Program-made: the position numbers and the translations under genes
Notes under the pieces: generated by a model
What the model was told of the DNA's origin: nothing
The model's database searches: none
The model's input: the letters and a program-made list of their open reading frames with translations, nothing else
DNA from: a virus
Lineage: Duplodnaviria > Heunggongvirae > Uroviricota > Caudoviricetes
Length of the DNA: 50,364 nt
Direction: 5' to 3' (one strand)
Virus record (IMG/VR): IMGVR_UViG_2563366831_000011
Coordinates: 1 to 50,364 of that record
In this document: positions 34,233-43,470 of the stretch, in pieces
Position numbering within the stretch: position 1 is the first letter of the stretch
Layout of the letters: each line of letters starts with the position of its first letter

Positions 34233-34894
34233 GCGCCTTCTCCCTGTACCTGAATCAATGTGAGGTTTCCGCAGAACACTGCGCCGGTATCGATATACAT
34301 CTGGTTGGCAAATTTGAGTGGTTTCACTGCTGGCGTATGACCAAAGATGAACGTGTCCACGCCTTTGATTTCTTTCACGATCCCGTCTTGTGAGTTGCCG
34401 ATTCGTTCGCGGTTCCAGATTACCTGCTGAGGATCAACTGGCTTTCCAAATTCGTATTCGTTACAAGGATAATCGGCGTGGCAGATGACATATTTTTTAC
34501 CTTTGCTCACCAGTTCGATGATTAACGGAAGTTCTTCTGCTTTATGGGCAAGAGCTTTAGCCAGAATCTCTTTGTCGTAATCGAGATTGAAGAACCAGCC
34601 ACCGCCATTAAGCAGCCAGTGATTAACGTTTCCACGCTCTGATAAGCCATCAATCATCATTTGCTCATGGTTTCCACGTACAGCTCTGAACCAGGGGAAT
34701 GTGATTAATTCCAGGCATTCAACGTTCTCTGCACCACGATCAACCAAATCGCCCACCGAGATAAGCAGGTCTTTTTTGTTGTCGAATCCAATCGTATCCA
34801 GTTTGTTCATCAGGTTCGTGTAGCATCCGTGCAGATCGCCAACTACCCAAATATTTCGGTATTTGCTGCCATCAATTCTTTCGTAGATATTCAT
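34223..34894 (-). CDS. ninI: Ser/Thr protein phosphatase (lambda PP, orf221/NinI)
   Basis: 223 aa containing GDLHGC, GDLVDRG and GNHE metallophosphatase motifs. It is close to lambda PP as I recall it. Confidence 0.9.
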   Translation of the reverse strand: MNIYERIDGSKYRNIWVVGDLHGCYTNLMNKLDTIGFDNKKDLLISVGDLVDRGAENVECLELITFPWFRAVRGNHEQMMIDGLSERGNVNHWLLNGGGWFFNLDYDKEILAKALAHKAEELPLIIELVSKGKKYVICHADYPCNEYEFGKPVDPQQVIWNRERIGNSQDGIVKEIKGVDTFIFGHTPAVKPLKFANQMYIDTGAVFCGNLTLIQVQGEGAWA

Positions 34895-35502
34895 GCAGCC
34901 TCACTTCTGCTGTTTCGCAGTTTTTTAAGTTTCTGTTGATACTCCGCCTTGATGGTCCTGCACTCTTCGACAGTCCAGCGATGGCGGTTATGGTTTGATT
35001 CGATTTCGTCTACTGCTTCCTGCCCGATGCGGTTAATCAGTTCGACGCGATACGGAACGAGATTTCCGCTTTTGTGCTGGTTGCACACCACGCATTGCTT
35101 GTGAATATTGCGTTCATCAAATCGGAGTTGAGGCGCCGCAGCAGTTGTCCGGTAATGCCCGGCATCCCACTGAGCAGACGTGAGCGTTCCGCACGAGATA
35201 CATGGTAAGTCGCGGTCTCTTTCTCTGATGAAGGCGTTTACGGCTTGTTGGGCTTGTTTAATCCAGTAACTGCGGGGCTTTAAGGCGAGTTTTCGAATCT
35301 TAAGTTTATCTTTCTGTTTCTGATCCTCTCGTCGTCGTTTCTTCTCTGCTGCTTTTTCCGCTTTTTCGCGTTCTTTACTTCGTCGTTCGAGTGCTATCTT
35401 GGTTCCACACTCTGGAGAGCACCACCACTGATTAGCGAATGCAGGGTGAAACCATTCCCGACATTCATCGTTTTTACATCGTCTTCGCGCTGGTTTAGCC
35501 AT
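34891..35502 (-). CDS. ninG: NinG (Rap) recombination endonuclease
   Basis: 203 aa. [33 protein letters not shown] matches lambda NinG. Confidence 0.85.
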   Translation of the reverse strand: MAKPARRRCKNDECREWFHPAFANQWWCSPECGTKIALERRSKEREKAEKAAEKKRRREDQKQKDKLKIRKLALKPRSYWIKQAQQAVNAFIRERDRDLPCISCGTLTSAQWDAGHYRTTAAAPQLRFDERNIHKQCVVCNQHKSGNLVPYRVELINRIGQEAVDEIESNHNRHRWTVEECRTIKAEYQQKLKKLRNSRSEAA

Positions 35503-35671
35503 CGTCTTCTTCCTCGTACATTGAGCTATTCGGATCGCTCATCAGTTCTGCGCAGCAGTGCTCACACACGTGAACTTCCAGCACATGCAGCTTCTGACCG
35601 CAGTTAGCGCACGTTAAAGCCCGCTCGACGCTTTCTTTCTGGTATTGGAGGGATTGGGATGGGCTAAGCAT
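35495..35671 (-). CDS. ninF: NinF (58 aa; below the ORF-track cutoff)
   Basis: My own translation: [58 protein letters not shown]. The stop overlaps the ninG ATG. Confidence 0.7.
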   Translation of the reverse strand: MLSPSQSLQYQKESVERALTCANCGQKLHVLEVHVCEHCCAELMSDPNSSMYEEEDDG

Positions 35672-36035
35672 TATTGGCGTCCTGCATCATGAGAAAGACA
35701 ATCATGGCGGCGCGGAGGGAATTTTCATGTATAGCTCGCTTAGATTTACAGTAGGCCACACCGCGTGCACCCCACTCGTCTTCATCGAGATTGATAATGC
35801 TAATCCTGTATTTTTCAATAATCGGCCATGCGTCTGCTGGGTTTGCGCATGGGTTAAAGGATCCGCGCTCAACTTCTACTTCAACTGCGTCTCCGTTTAC
35901 AATGTCTCCCTCAAATGAGACAAACACCATATCGCCATTCTCACCTTCTTTGTAATCCGGTGATCCGTTATGAATGGCTTCGAATACCGCCACGTTAATT
36001 TCAAAATCACTTAACTGTGAATAATCCATTGTCAT
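35664..36035 (-). CDS. NinX-like protein (DUF2591-like)
   Basis: 123 aa from [17 protein letters not shown]. The start is coupled to the ninE stop (ATGA). Confidence 0.55.
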   Translation of the reverse strand: MTMDYSQLSDFEINVAVFEAIHNGSPDYKEGENGDMVFVSFEGDIVNGDAVEVEVERGSFNPCANPADAWPIIEKYRISIINLDEDEWGARGVAYCKSKRAIHENSLRAAMIVFLMMQDANNA

Positions 36036-36208
36036 TTCCTCGCACGATTTCTTAGCCACCGGATATCCCACAGGTGAGCAGTGTAATTGAATGTTTTCAC
36101 ATCAGATTCTTTTGGGATTGGCTTGGGTTTATTTCTGGAGCGCTTCGTTGGAAGGTATTTGCAGTTTTCGCAGATGATGTCGGTGATACTTCGTCGCTGT
36201 CGTCTCAT
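36032..36208 (-). CDS. ninE: NinE
   Basis: 58 aa. [58 protein letters not shown] matches lambda NinE as I recall it. AGGAGG SD. Confidence 0.8.
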   Translation of the reverse strand: MRRQRRSITDIICENCKYLPTKRSRNKPKPIPKESDVKTFNYTAHLWDIRWLRNRARK

Positions 36209-36615
36209 TCGTACCTCCTGTCGGTAAATCTGACACCCTGACCAATAGCCCATGCTGTCGTGTACTCAATCAGACTTGCCATACGCTTCACGCTCATCTG
36301 CGCGCTGCTTTCGCGAATGTTGACGTATTCGCCTTCAAGGCCTGGCAAAACATCAGCTTCCTGTTTTGTTGCCACTGCATGACCGCTGATCAACAAAACC
36401 TTCCATTGTTCCGGTTTTAACCATTTGCCGCACCATTGAACCTGACGTGCGATATCCGCCAGCATCGCGTGAAATTTTGCGTTCTGATCAAGGTTGCGCT
36501 TGTAGTCAATAATGCGGATGGTGACTGGCTTGTCTTTATCGAGTGGTGTTGCGAGGATGGCGTTGATTGCGGCTTGCTGTTGTTGCTTAGTTCGGAGGAA
36601 TATTGTTTGCTTCAC
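36205..36615 (-). CDS. ninB: NinB (Orf-family recombination mediator)
   Basis: 136 aa. [33 protein letters not shown] parallels lambda NinB RSLDQNRKLWACLGDVSRQVEWHGRWL. Confidence 0.8.
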   Translation of the reverse strand: MKQTIFLRTKQQQQAAINAILATPLDKDKPVTIRIIDYKRNLDQNAKFHAMLADIARQVQWCGKWLKPEQWKVLLISGHAVATKQEADVLPGLEGEYVNIRESSAQMSVKRMASLIEYTTAWAIGQGVRFTDRRYE

Positions 36616-36626
36616 TGAACACTCCT

Positions 36627-36818
36627 TTATTTTTTATGCCTGTAACCCCATTCTTCCAGCAACCTTGCGGCGTACCACCCAAGAAACAAAGGAAAGAACA
36701 TTACAATGAGATATTCCCCGCCACGGTCAATGTTCGAAATTGACCAGATTACGATGTAACCAGTGCAGAACAGGAATATTACAAACCCCAAAAAGCTACT
36801 TCGTCGACTCATGCTCAC
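36627..36818 (-). CDS. Small membrane protein (nin region)
   Basis: 63 aa with two hydrophobic helices. The start overlaps the upstream stop. Confidence 0.5.
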   Translation of the reverse strand: MSMSRRSSFLGFVIFLFCTGYIVIWSISNIDRGGEYLIVMFFPLFLGWYAARLLEEWGYRHKK

Positions 36819-37078
36819 TCCTTCACTTTGATTCCAGCGGCGCGGATAGCCTCTACATCGCTTTCGTATTGCGATTCTGCACCTGAGTCATAGCCAATGT
36901 GATAATCACCGGGAAGTGGGCCTTTCTTTGGCTTTTGCAGCTCAATCTCGATAGCTGCTCGCGATGCCTGCCACGCTTGCCAATACATCTCAACCATATT
37001 GGCGTATATTTTATTTTTAGGATCACATCCGGTGTAATTTTCAAACCATTCTTCAAACTGCTTTCTTGATTCGTCCAT
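36815..37078 (-). CDS. Hypothetical early protein
   Basis: 87-aa ORF, MDESRKQFEEWFENYTG.... I did not recognise a family. Confidence 0.5.
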   Translation of the reverse strand: MDESRKQFEEWFENYTGCDPKNKIYANMVEMYWQAWQASRAAIEIELQKPKKGPLPGDYHIGYDSGAESQYESDVEAIRAAGIKVKE

Positions 37079-37095
37079 CGATACTTACCCTCAGT

Positions 37096-37302
37096 TCAAC
37101 TCACAAAACGCCACGCCATTTTTGCTACAGCGACAGGCGCAACACCGATAATCACCCAGACAAATGCAGCGCCAAACAACGTATACCATGGGTCTTTACC
37201 GTCATTCACAAGACGAATGTAGCTATGCAGAACAATAAAAAACGTCAGAAGAATCCATCCAACGCCAACGAATTTGAGTGCGACGAGCATAAACTCAACC
37301 AC
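37096..37302 (-). CDS. Small membrane protein
   Basis: 68 aa with two TM helices. GTG start follows GGGGGAGAG. Confidence 0.45.
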   Translation of the reverse strand: MVEFMLVALKFVGVGWILLTFFIVLHSYIRLVNDGKDPWYTLFGAAFVWVIIGVAPVAVAKMAWRFVS

Positions 37303-37317
37303 GATTTACTCTCCCCC

Positions 37318-37349
37318 AAATAAAAAGGCCTGCGATTACCAGCAGGCCT
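37318..37349 (-). terminator. Rho-independent terminator after the helicase gene
   Basis: Minus strand reads AGGCCTGC-TGGTAATC-GCAGGCCT-TTTTATTT. Confidence 0.7.
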
Positions 37350-37377
37350 GTTATTAGCTCAGTGATGTAGATGGTCA

Positions 37378-38814
37378 TCAGAATCCTCCTTTCTTCTTGG
37401 ACTGCGGTTCCTCGCGTTCACGGCGGCGCATTTCAGCAGACTGTTGGTCTGTGTCATAAATAGCGCCATTTGCCTGAATGCAATACACCGTGCCGGTATT
37501 GCCATGACGATTGAGACGAAGGATTAGTTCGGTTTCACCAGGTGGAACACTGTCATCAAAAGCACCTTCACGATGGATCCCCACCCAATAATCGCAATCC
37601 TGTTCAATCTGCCCTGTATCTCGTGAGTCACTTGGTAGTGGGCGTTTATTGGTTCGGCTTTCCAGTGCGCGGTTAAGCTGCGTCAGAAGCACAACAACGC
37701 AATCAAGCTCTTTGGCAAGGTTCTTCAGTCCTTTGGTGATCATGCCGTAAGCAAGGTCGTTGCGATCGGCCTTCTCAGCGGTCATTAGTGTCAGGTAATC
37801 GACCAGAATCATGCCAACACATCCTTTTTCTCGCTTGATTCGACGGCTTTCGCTGACGATTTGAGCCAGAGATAATCCCGGCGTGTCGTCGATGTAAAGC
37901 ATGTCGATTTCACTCAAGCGATTGGCTGTTTCGATCGCCCTGTTGAAGTCACCATCGTAATCACCCTGATAGCCGTCATCAGCGTCATTTGTCGCCGGAA
38001 GGTAAAAAATATTCGGGTTAACACCTGACTTCTGTCCTACCAGTTTTTCCAGTATCTGATCACCTGGCATTTCAAGGCTGAACATCAAAGCGGGCTTTTT
38101 CTCATGCACTGCGCAATTGATTGCCATCTGGCTGTATAGCGTCGTTTTCCCCATCTTAGGGCGAGCGCCAATGACAAACAGAGAGCCTTTCACCAGACCT
38201 TTCGGTGACAGCATCCTGTCCAGCGATGGGATCCCTGTGCTCATTCCCCGTTGTTCGCCTGATGGGTCAAATCGCTTCTCAAGGTCGCTAACCCAGTCTT
38301 CCATGACCTCACCAAATGAGCGAAGGCCGCGACGCGATCCGGTTTTTGCATGGTCTGTCAGTTGCGTGAAAATCGCCTGAATAGCTTCGTACTTCTGCAT
38401 TGCAGTCATTCCGTTGCGGGAATAGAGCAATTCCGTCGCTTCAGTCATGCGGTTGATGGCGTAGCGTTCCATTGCGGTTTCACGAACCTGCATTGCATAG
38501 GCAACGATGTTTGCTGCGCTTGGCGTGTTCTTTGCGATCTCAGCGATATAAGCAAAACCGCCAACAGACGCCGTTAACGATTTACGCTCCAGTTCATCGA
38601 AAAGCGTCAGGCCATCTACTGGCTTTTGCTCACGGTGCATTCTGGTTATTTCTTCGAAAAGGATTTTGTGTGGTCGGCTGTAAAATGAATCAGGCTTCAG
38701 CATCGCCAGAACTTTCTGGACGCGCTCACTGCTGTCATCATCCAGAAGCAATCCACCAATCACCGCCTGCTCTGCCTCGATGCTATGGGGCGGCGCATAA
38801 AAATTATCGGTCAT
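37378..38814 (-). CDS. DnaB-type replicative helicase (P22 gp12-like)
   Basis: 478 aa from MTDNFYAPPHSIEAEQAVIGGLLLD, a DnaB N-terminal signature. Walker A is GARPKMGKTT. The start overlaps the initiator gene stop. Confidence 0.85.
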   Translation of the reverse strand: MTDNFYAPPHSIEAEQAVIGGLLLDDDSSERVQKVLAMLKPDSFYSRPHKILFEEITRMHREQKPVDGLTLFDELERKSLTASVGGFAYIAEIAKNTPSAANIVAYAMQVRETAMERYAINRMTEATELLYSRNGMTAMQKYEAIQAIFTQLTDHAKTGSRRGLRSFGEVMEDWVSDLEKRFDPSGEQRGMSTGIPSLDRMLSPKGLVKGSLFVIGARPKMGKTTLYSQMAINCAVHEKKPALMFSLEMPGDQILEKLVGQKSGVNPNIFYLPATNDADDGYQGDYDGDFNRAIETANRLSEIDMLYIDDTPGLSLAQIVSESRRIKREKGCVGMILVDYLTLMTAEKADRNDLAYGMITKGLKNLAKELDCVVVLLTQLNRALESRTNKRPLPSDSRDTGQIEQDCDYWVGIHREGAFDDSVPPGETELILRLNRHGNTGTVYCIQANGAIYDTDQQSAEMRRREREEPQSKKKGGF

Positions 38815-39631
38815 CGTGTTCACCCTCACGAACTTTCAGGTAGGTATTATCGTTAAGCAGGAAATCAAATCCCTTTTTGTGCCAGACGGTTCCGCGCTGA
38901 TGGTTTGGGCGCTCTTCGAACATCCATCGGCAATTTTCGCCTACGTAGCTCAAATAATTTCTCCAGTCCTGCATCGTGAAACCATGCCCGTCAAGCTGTC
39001 GGGTTATCACTCCGGCTTTGCGCCAGAACGTTCGGATCTGGTTTTTACGCTTGTCATTCAGTGCGCGGATTCTTGGCGCTTCAGGAAGGATTTCGTGGTA
39101 AGCATCGACAACATCCTGACAGCTGACGGAAGGTTTTTTCTTGTCAGACTTTTTGTCTGCTGTGGCACTCTCTAATACGTCAGTATTAGAGATATTATTT
39201 ATATTATTGTTTATGGACAACCGTTGGACAACCGTTGGACAATCTCCGCTGAGAGGCGCGCCATTACTGGTGTTTGCGTTGGACAACCGTTGGACAACCG
39301 TTGGACAATTTTTTGCCTGAAAATCGTCATATTTAACGATTGTAAACAGGCTAAATTTCTTCCCCATCGAGCAAATATTAAGCATCCCTTTCGACTCAAA
39401 AGTCCGTAATAAGCTCCGAACTTTGTTGTCGGGGATGAATGTTTCTCTGACCAGCGACGGGCGTCCAGTTATCATCTGACCGCGATCAACAGTTATCGGC
39501 CCGATATCCGTATTGACGACAGTAGATTCGTGATTAGCCTTGAGGATTAAGTGAAGCCAAAGATGTACTGCCTGAGAGTCCTTATAGAGCCTGCTGTCCA
39601 TAAACTGGCGGTGTATAGAGACATACCCCAT
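38804..39631 (-). CDS. Replication initiator (O / P22 gp18-like) containing the origin iterons
   Basis: 275 aa from MGYVSIHRQF (AGGAGG SD). The internal duplicated peptide CPTVVQRLS is encoded by the iterons. Confidence 0.7.
   Translation of the reverse strand: MGYVSIHRQFMDSRLYKDSQAVHLWLHLILKANHESTVVNTDIGPITVDRGQMITGRPSLVRETFIPDNKVRSLLRTFESKGMLNICSMGKKFSLFTIVKYDDFQAKNCPTVVQRLSNANTSNGAPLSGDCPTVVQRLSINNNINNISNTDVLESATADKKSDKKKPSVSCQDVVDAYHEILPEAPRIRALNDKRKNQIRTFWRKAGVITRQLDGHGFTMQDWRNYLSYVGENCRWMFEERPNHQRGTVWHKKGFDFLLNDNTYLKVREGEHDDR
39214..39308. repeat. Origin of replication: two clusters of three 11-bp iterons (TTGGACAACCG) flanked by AT-rich DNA
   Basis: Cluster 1 is at 39214-39242 and cluster 2 at 39278-39308. 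AT-rich tracts lie at about 39185-39212 and about 39309-39345. All of this is inside the initiator gene, as in lambda and P22. Confidence 0.8.
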
Positions 39632-39680
39632 ACTGGATGCCTCCTGATGTTGTACAGGGTTATGCCTGTAATCAGCTAAC

Positions 39681-39842
39681 TTAACGACGCCCATGTTTCA
39701 CTCCTGCTTTGGCTAGTCTGTAAACACCAACAAGGCGCTCTGCGAACGCCCTGTTATTTGCTGCGGCTACCACTAATCCCTCAGGTGAATCAGGGTGTCG
39801 AATCTCTTCTTTTTCCTGGTATTTCTTACGACGTTTTGTCAT
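39681..39842 (-). CDS. Small basic protein between cII and the initiator
   Basis: 53 aa, MTKRRKKYQEKEEIRHPDSPEG.... Confidence 0.4.
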   Translation of the reverse strand: MTKRRKKYQEKEEIRHPDSPEGLVVAAANNRAFAERLVGVYRLAKAGVKHGRR

Positions 39843-39876
39843 AATTACCCCTGTGGATTGATCCAGTCTTTCTACA

Positions 39877-40155
39877 TCAGGCCTCAAAACTGTTGCAGCA
39901 GTCTTGAGGCTTTTCTTTTGTCAGCACCATGGCTACTTTCTTTGCCAGCTCTGCTAATTCCTCGTCTTCAACCCCCCACTCCAGCACAGCCAGAAGCATG
40001 GCCATCTTTGGGATAAAGCTGTCTTTCCATCGCGAAATTTGCGATTCATTAATCCCTAATGCATCAGCAACCTTTCGCTGACCACGTACAGCAATTCGAT
40101 TCAGGATGTTGCTTGTAATTGCATTCGCTTTCTTGCGAGTACTTGTAAGTTGCAT
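39877..40155 (-). CDS. cII: CII transcriptional activator
   Basis: 92 aa. ...SQISRWKDSFIPKMAMLLAVLEWGVEDEELAELAKKV parallels lambda CII SQISRWKRDWIPKFSMLLAVLEWGV. Confidence 0.85.
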   Translation of the reverse strand: MQLTSTRKKANAITSNILNRIAVRGQRKVADALGINESQISRWKDSFIPKMAMLLAVLEWGVEDEELAELAKKVAMVLTKEKPQDCCNSFEA

Positions 40156-40234
40156 ATGTAAGTATTTCCTTAGATAACAATTGATTGAATGTATGCAAAT
40201 AAATGCATACACCATAGGTGTGGTTTAATTTGAT

Positions 40235-40266
40235 GCCCTTTTTCAGGGCGGGGATGGGTAAGAGCG
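40235..40266 (-). promoter_or_regulatory. nutR (boxA CGCTCTTAC, boxB GCCCTGAAAAAGGGC)
   Basis: Read on the minus strand between cro and cII. It matches lambda nutR as I recall it. Confidence 0.8.
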
Positions 40267-40273
40267 GGGTTAT

Positions 40274-40483
<210 letters not shown>

Positions 40484-40500
40484 TTAGTACATGCAACTAT

Positions 40501-40564
40501 TATCACCGCCAGAGGTAAAATAGTCAACACGCACGGTGTTAGATATTTATCCCTTGCGGTGATA
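40501..40564. promoter_or_regulatory. Lambda right operator OR1-OR2-OR3 with pR/pRM
   Basis: OR1 is TATCACCGCCAGAGGTA (40501-40517). OR2 is CAACACGCACGGTGTTA (40525-40541). OR3 is TATCCCTTGCGGTGATA (40548-40564). Confidence 0.9.
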
Positions 40565-40571
40565 GATTTAA

Positions 40572-41288
<717 letters not shown>

Positions 41289-41306
41289 TAGGAAGTAAGT
41301 TTTATG

Positions 41307-41335
41307 TTGACGGCACAGTCAACTTGGCATAGATT
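41307..41335 (+). promoter_or_regulatory. Promoter-like element TTGACG-17 nt-TAGATT downstream of cI
   Basis: The -35 is at 41307-41312 and the -10 at 41330-41335. The -35 lies within the inverted repeat GTTGAC-ggcaca-GTCAAC. Confidence 0.4.
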
Positions 41336-41345
41336 AATTAAACCA

Positions 41346-41406
41346 AGCCCAGCCCCGTTCGCAGACAATTGTTAATATCTGCATAACGGCTCTGGGCTAT
41401 TTTTTT
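41346..41406 (+). terminator. Long imperfect hairpin followed by a T-tract, 10 nt before the NYN-gene ATG (terminator/attenuator-like leader)
   Basis: Paired blocks are GCCCAG/CTGGGC, CCGTT/AACGG and GCAGA/TCTGC, with loop CAATTGTTAATA. These are followed by ATTTTTTT (41399-41406). Confidence 0.5.
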
Positions 41407-41415
41407 GGGACTCTT

Positions 41416-42273
41416 ATGAAGAAAGCAGCAATTTTAATTGATGCGGGTTTTTTCATGCAGCGTGTTCATGCTACGCATCGTAAACACTTCGCCGAGCATG
41501 AACTGACTGCGCAATGCATAATGAAAGTAATATGGTCAATGGTTCTTTCCCATCTTAATGGAAAACGTCAATCACAAGAACGTAGGGAACCGCTTGAGCT
41601 TTATAGAATTTACTTCTATGACTGTCCACCACTCGACATTCAAACACGCCTTCCACTTCCTGAGCATGGCAATAAGACGCCTGGTCGCAAGAATTTCAAA
41701 CTCGAAAAATCATATATTCTGAGAACGGAGCTGCATGAAGAGTTAAGAAAAACTCGAAAAACAGCCTTAAGATTAGGGAATCTTGTTGATAATAAGCGAT
41801 GGCAACTAACTACATTCTCCCTTGATGCTCTGATGAAAGGAACGAAAAAATGGGATGAACTGACAAATGATGATTTTTACTATGACATCAAACAAAAACA
41901 AGTTGATATCAAGCTAGGGATGGATATCACGACTTTAGCTTATGAAAAACTTGTTGATGTAATTGTCCTTGTTGCTGGGGACTCAGACTTTGTGCCTGCC
42001 GCCAAACACGCCAGAATTAAAGGTATTGATTTTATTCTTGATCCACTAAGACAGAATGTTACCCCATCACTGTCAGAGCACATTGATGGAGTTCAGTCAT
42101 ACAGCTTGATATCAGGACTTGCCGATGCTTTACATGTTGAGCCAGACCCGGCACCTGACTGGTGGGAAGATCGAAAAAAAGGCAAGCCTAGAGGAAAAAA
42201 CAATAGCGGTAAACGCAGGTATGGAAACACTCAAGCTGAGTCTGCAAAGAAACATCAAAGAAATAAACGATAA
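41416..42273 (+). CDS. NYN/LabA-like (PIN-like) predicted ribonuclease with a Lys/Arg-rich C-terminal tail, in the rexAB position
   Basis: 285 aa. NYN-type motifs are KAAILIDAGFF (N-terminal Asp), DIKLGMDI and VIVLVAGDSDFVPAAKHARIKGIDFIL. The C-terminus is KKGKPRGKNNSGKRRYGNTQAESAKKHQRNKR. It is AT-rich relative to the lambda flanks. Confidence 0.6.
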   Translation: MKKAAILIDAGFFMQRVHATHRKHFAEHELTAQCIMKVIWSMVLSHLNGKRQSQERREPLELYRIYFYDCPPLDIQTRLPLPEHGNKTPGRKNFKLEKSYILRTELHEELRKTRKTALRLGNLVDNKRWQLTTFSLDALMKGTKKWDELTNDDFYYDIKQKQVDIKLGMDITTLAYEKLVDVIVLVAGDSDFVPAAKHARIKGIDFILDPLRQNVTPSLSEHIDGVQSYSLISGLADALHVEPDPAPDWWEDRKKGKPRGKNNSGKRRYGNTQAESAKKHQRNKR

Positions 42274-42282
42274 TCCCATCAA

Positions 42283-42309
42283 CCCGGCCACCGAGCCGGG
42301 TTTTCTTTG
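42283..42309 (+). terminator. Rho-independent terminator after the NYN gene (tImm position)
   Basis: CCCGGC-CACCGA-GCCGGG-TTTTCTTTG. Confidence 0.8.
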
Positions 42310-42463
42310 CCTCACGATCGCCCCACCTAAAAACACATAACCAATTGTATTTATTTTAAAATTAATAGGTGCAACTCACTAAACAACGCAATTCTGATCT
42401 CTCGATCACCTCCCAAGCCACACAACCCTGCAAAAAATAAATCTATATAAAAAACATACAGAT

Positions 42464-42526
42464 AACCATCTGCGGTGATAAATTATCTCTGGCGGTGTTG
42501 ACACAAATACCACTAGCGGTGATACT
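42464..42526 (+). promoter_or_regulatory. Lambda left operator OL3-OL2-OL1 with pL
   Basis: OL3 is AACCATCTGCGGTGATA (42464-42480). OL2 is TATCTCTGGCGGTGTTG (42484-42500). The -35 TTGACA is at 42498-42503. OL1 is TACCACTAGCGGTGATA (42508-42524). The -10 GATACT is at 42521-42526. Confidence 0.9.
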
Positions 42527-42565
42527 AAACACATCAGCAGGACGTACTAACCACCATGAAGGTGA

Positions 42566-42596
42566 CGCTCTTAAAAATTAAGCCCTGAAGAAGGGC
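42566..42596 (+). promoter_or_regulatory. nutL (boxA CGCTCTTAA, boxB GCCCTGAAGAAGGGC)
   Basis: Matches lambda nutL as I recall it. Confidence 0.85.
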
Positions 42597-42767
42597 AGCA
42601 TTCAAAGCAGAAGGCTTTGGGGTGTGGTGAAGGGTTCATGGATGGGAATATGTCGCACGTAAAGCGGCGAGGCCTGCGGAACTATTGCCGAATTGAAGTC
42701 GGCCGAAGCAGGTCGAAATGGGTCTCCCACCTACCACACCACCAAAGCTAACTGACAGGAGATGAAC

Positions 42768-42896
42768 ATGAAACATAACGAACACTTTATGGCTTGGTTG
42801 AAGTCAATGCGTGATGAAGCAAAGCGTCCTGAAACAACAATGACGCGAATCGTGGAAATCTTCTCCTGCATCAGCAAGTACGCAACCTGCCAATAA
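42768..42896 (+). CDS. 42-aa ORF inserted between the N leader/RBS and N (below the ORF-track cutoff)
   Basis: It uses the ACAGGAG SD that serves N in lambda. The product is MKHNEHFMAWLKSMRDEAKRPETTMTRIVEIFSCISKYATCQ. It is followed by the hairpin GGCCCC-gctga-GGGGCC. Confidence 0.45.
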   Translation: MKHNEHFMAWLKSMRDEAKRPETTMTRIVEIFSCISKYATCQ

Positions 42897-42937
42897 CTGT
42901 CGGCCCCGCTGAGGGGCCATTTATCTAAGGATGATAT

Positions 42938-43270
42938 ATGGACTCTCAAACACGCCGCCGCGAACGTCGCGCAGAGAAACAGGCTCAATGGAAAGCAGCA
43001 AATCCCCTGTTGGTTGGGGTAAGCGCAAAACCAGTTAACCGCCCTATTCTCTCGCTGAATCGCAAACCGAAATCACGAGTAGAAAGCGCACTGAATCCGA
43101 TAGACCTTACGGTGCTGGCTGAATACCACGAACAGATTGAAAGCAACCTGCAGCGTATTGAGCGCAAGAATCAGCGCACATGGTACAGCAAGCCACGCAG
43201 TGAAATGGGGGTGACTTGCTCAGGCCGCCAGAAGCAACGCGGAAAATCAATTCCAGCTTATTACGATTGA
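42938..43270 (+). CDS. N: Antiterminator N (lambda-like, divergent C-terminus)
   Basis: 110 aa. MDSQTRRRERRAEKQAQWKAANPLLVGVSAKPVNRPILSLNRKPKSRVESALNPIDLTVLAEYH matches lambda N, including the Arg-rich motif. Confidence 0.9.
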   Translation: MDSQTRRRERRAEKQAQWKAANPLLVGVSAKPVNRPILSLNRKPKSRVESALNPIDLTVLAEYHEQIESNLQRIERKNQRTWYSKPRSEMGVTCSGRQKQRGKSIPAYYD

Positions 43271-43278
43271 GGTGAGCC

Positions 43279-43416
43279 ATGCTCAAGAAAGTCAAACGCC
43301 GACTTTACAAGGAAGGTAGATATTCATGCCAGTTGCCAAAATGCGACACAACAAAATGGAGTGTCGATGATTGGTGTAACTGGATAGATAGATACGGAAC
43401 TTGGTGGGATAAATAA
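43279..43416 (+). CDS. 45-aa Cys/Trp-rich small protein
   Basis: GAGGTGAG SD. The product is MLKKVKRRLYKEGRYSCQLPKCDTTKWSVDDWCNWIDRYGTWWDK. Confidence 0.4.
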   Translation: MLKKVKRRLYKEGRYSCQLPKCDTTKWSVDDWCNWIDRYGTWWDK

Positions 43417-43470
43417 CAGGTAACTTAAGCGTATTTACTTTCGCGGCAAACCACATATTTGAGGTGAGAT

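Noticed and set aside
39214-39308. The short direct repeats could be mistaken for a CRISPR-like array.
   Set aside because: The units are 11 bp and contiguous, with no spacers. They lie inside an initiator gene with AT-rich flanks, which is the classic iteron origin architecture.
42597-42760. I considered whether the roughly 100-nt novel insert in the N leader is a ribozyme or riboswitch (it contains GUCGAAA and UUGAAG strings reminiscent of hammerhead cores).
   Set aside because: The CUGANGA core is not present. The enclosing stem corresponds to the known lambda N-leader long-range (RNase III) stem. I have no covariation evidence.
42731-42988. An 85-aa minus-strand ORF across the N start and leader.
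   Set aside because: It is antisense to the lambda-type N leader and to the N gene 5' end. It has no ribosome-binding site and a hydrophobic, low-complexity translation.
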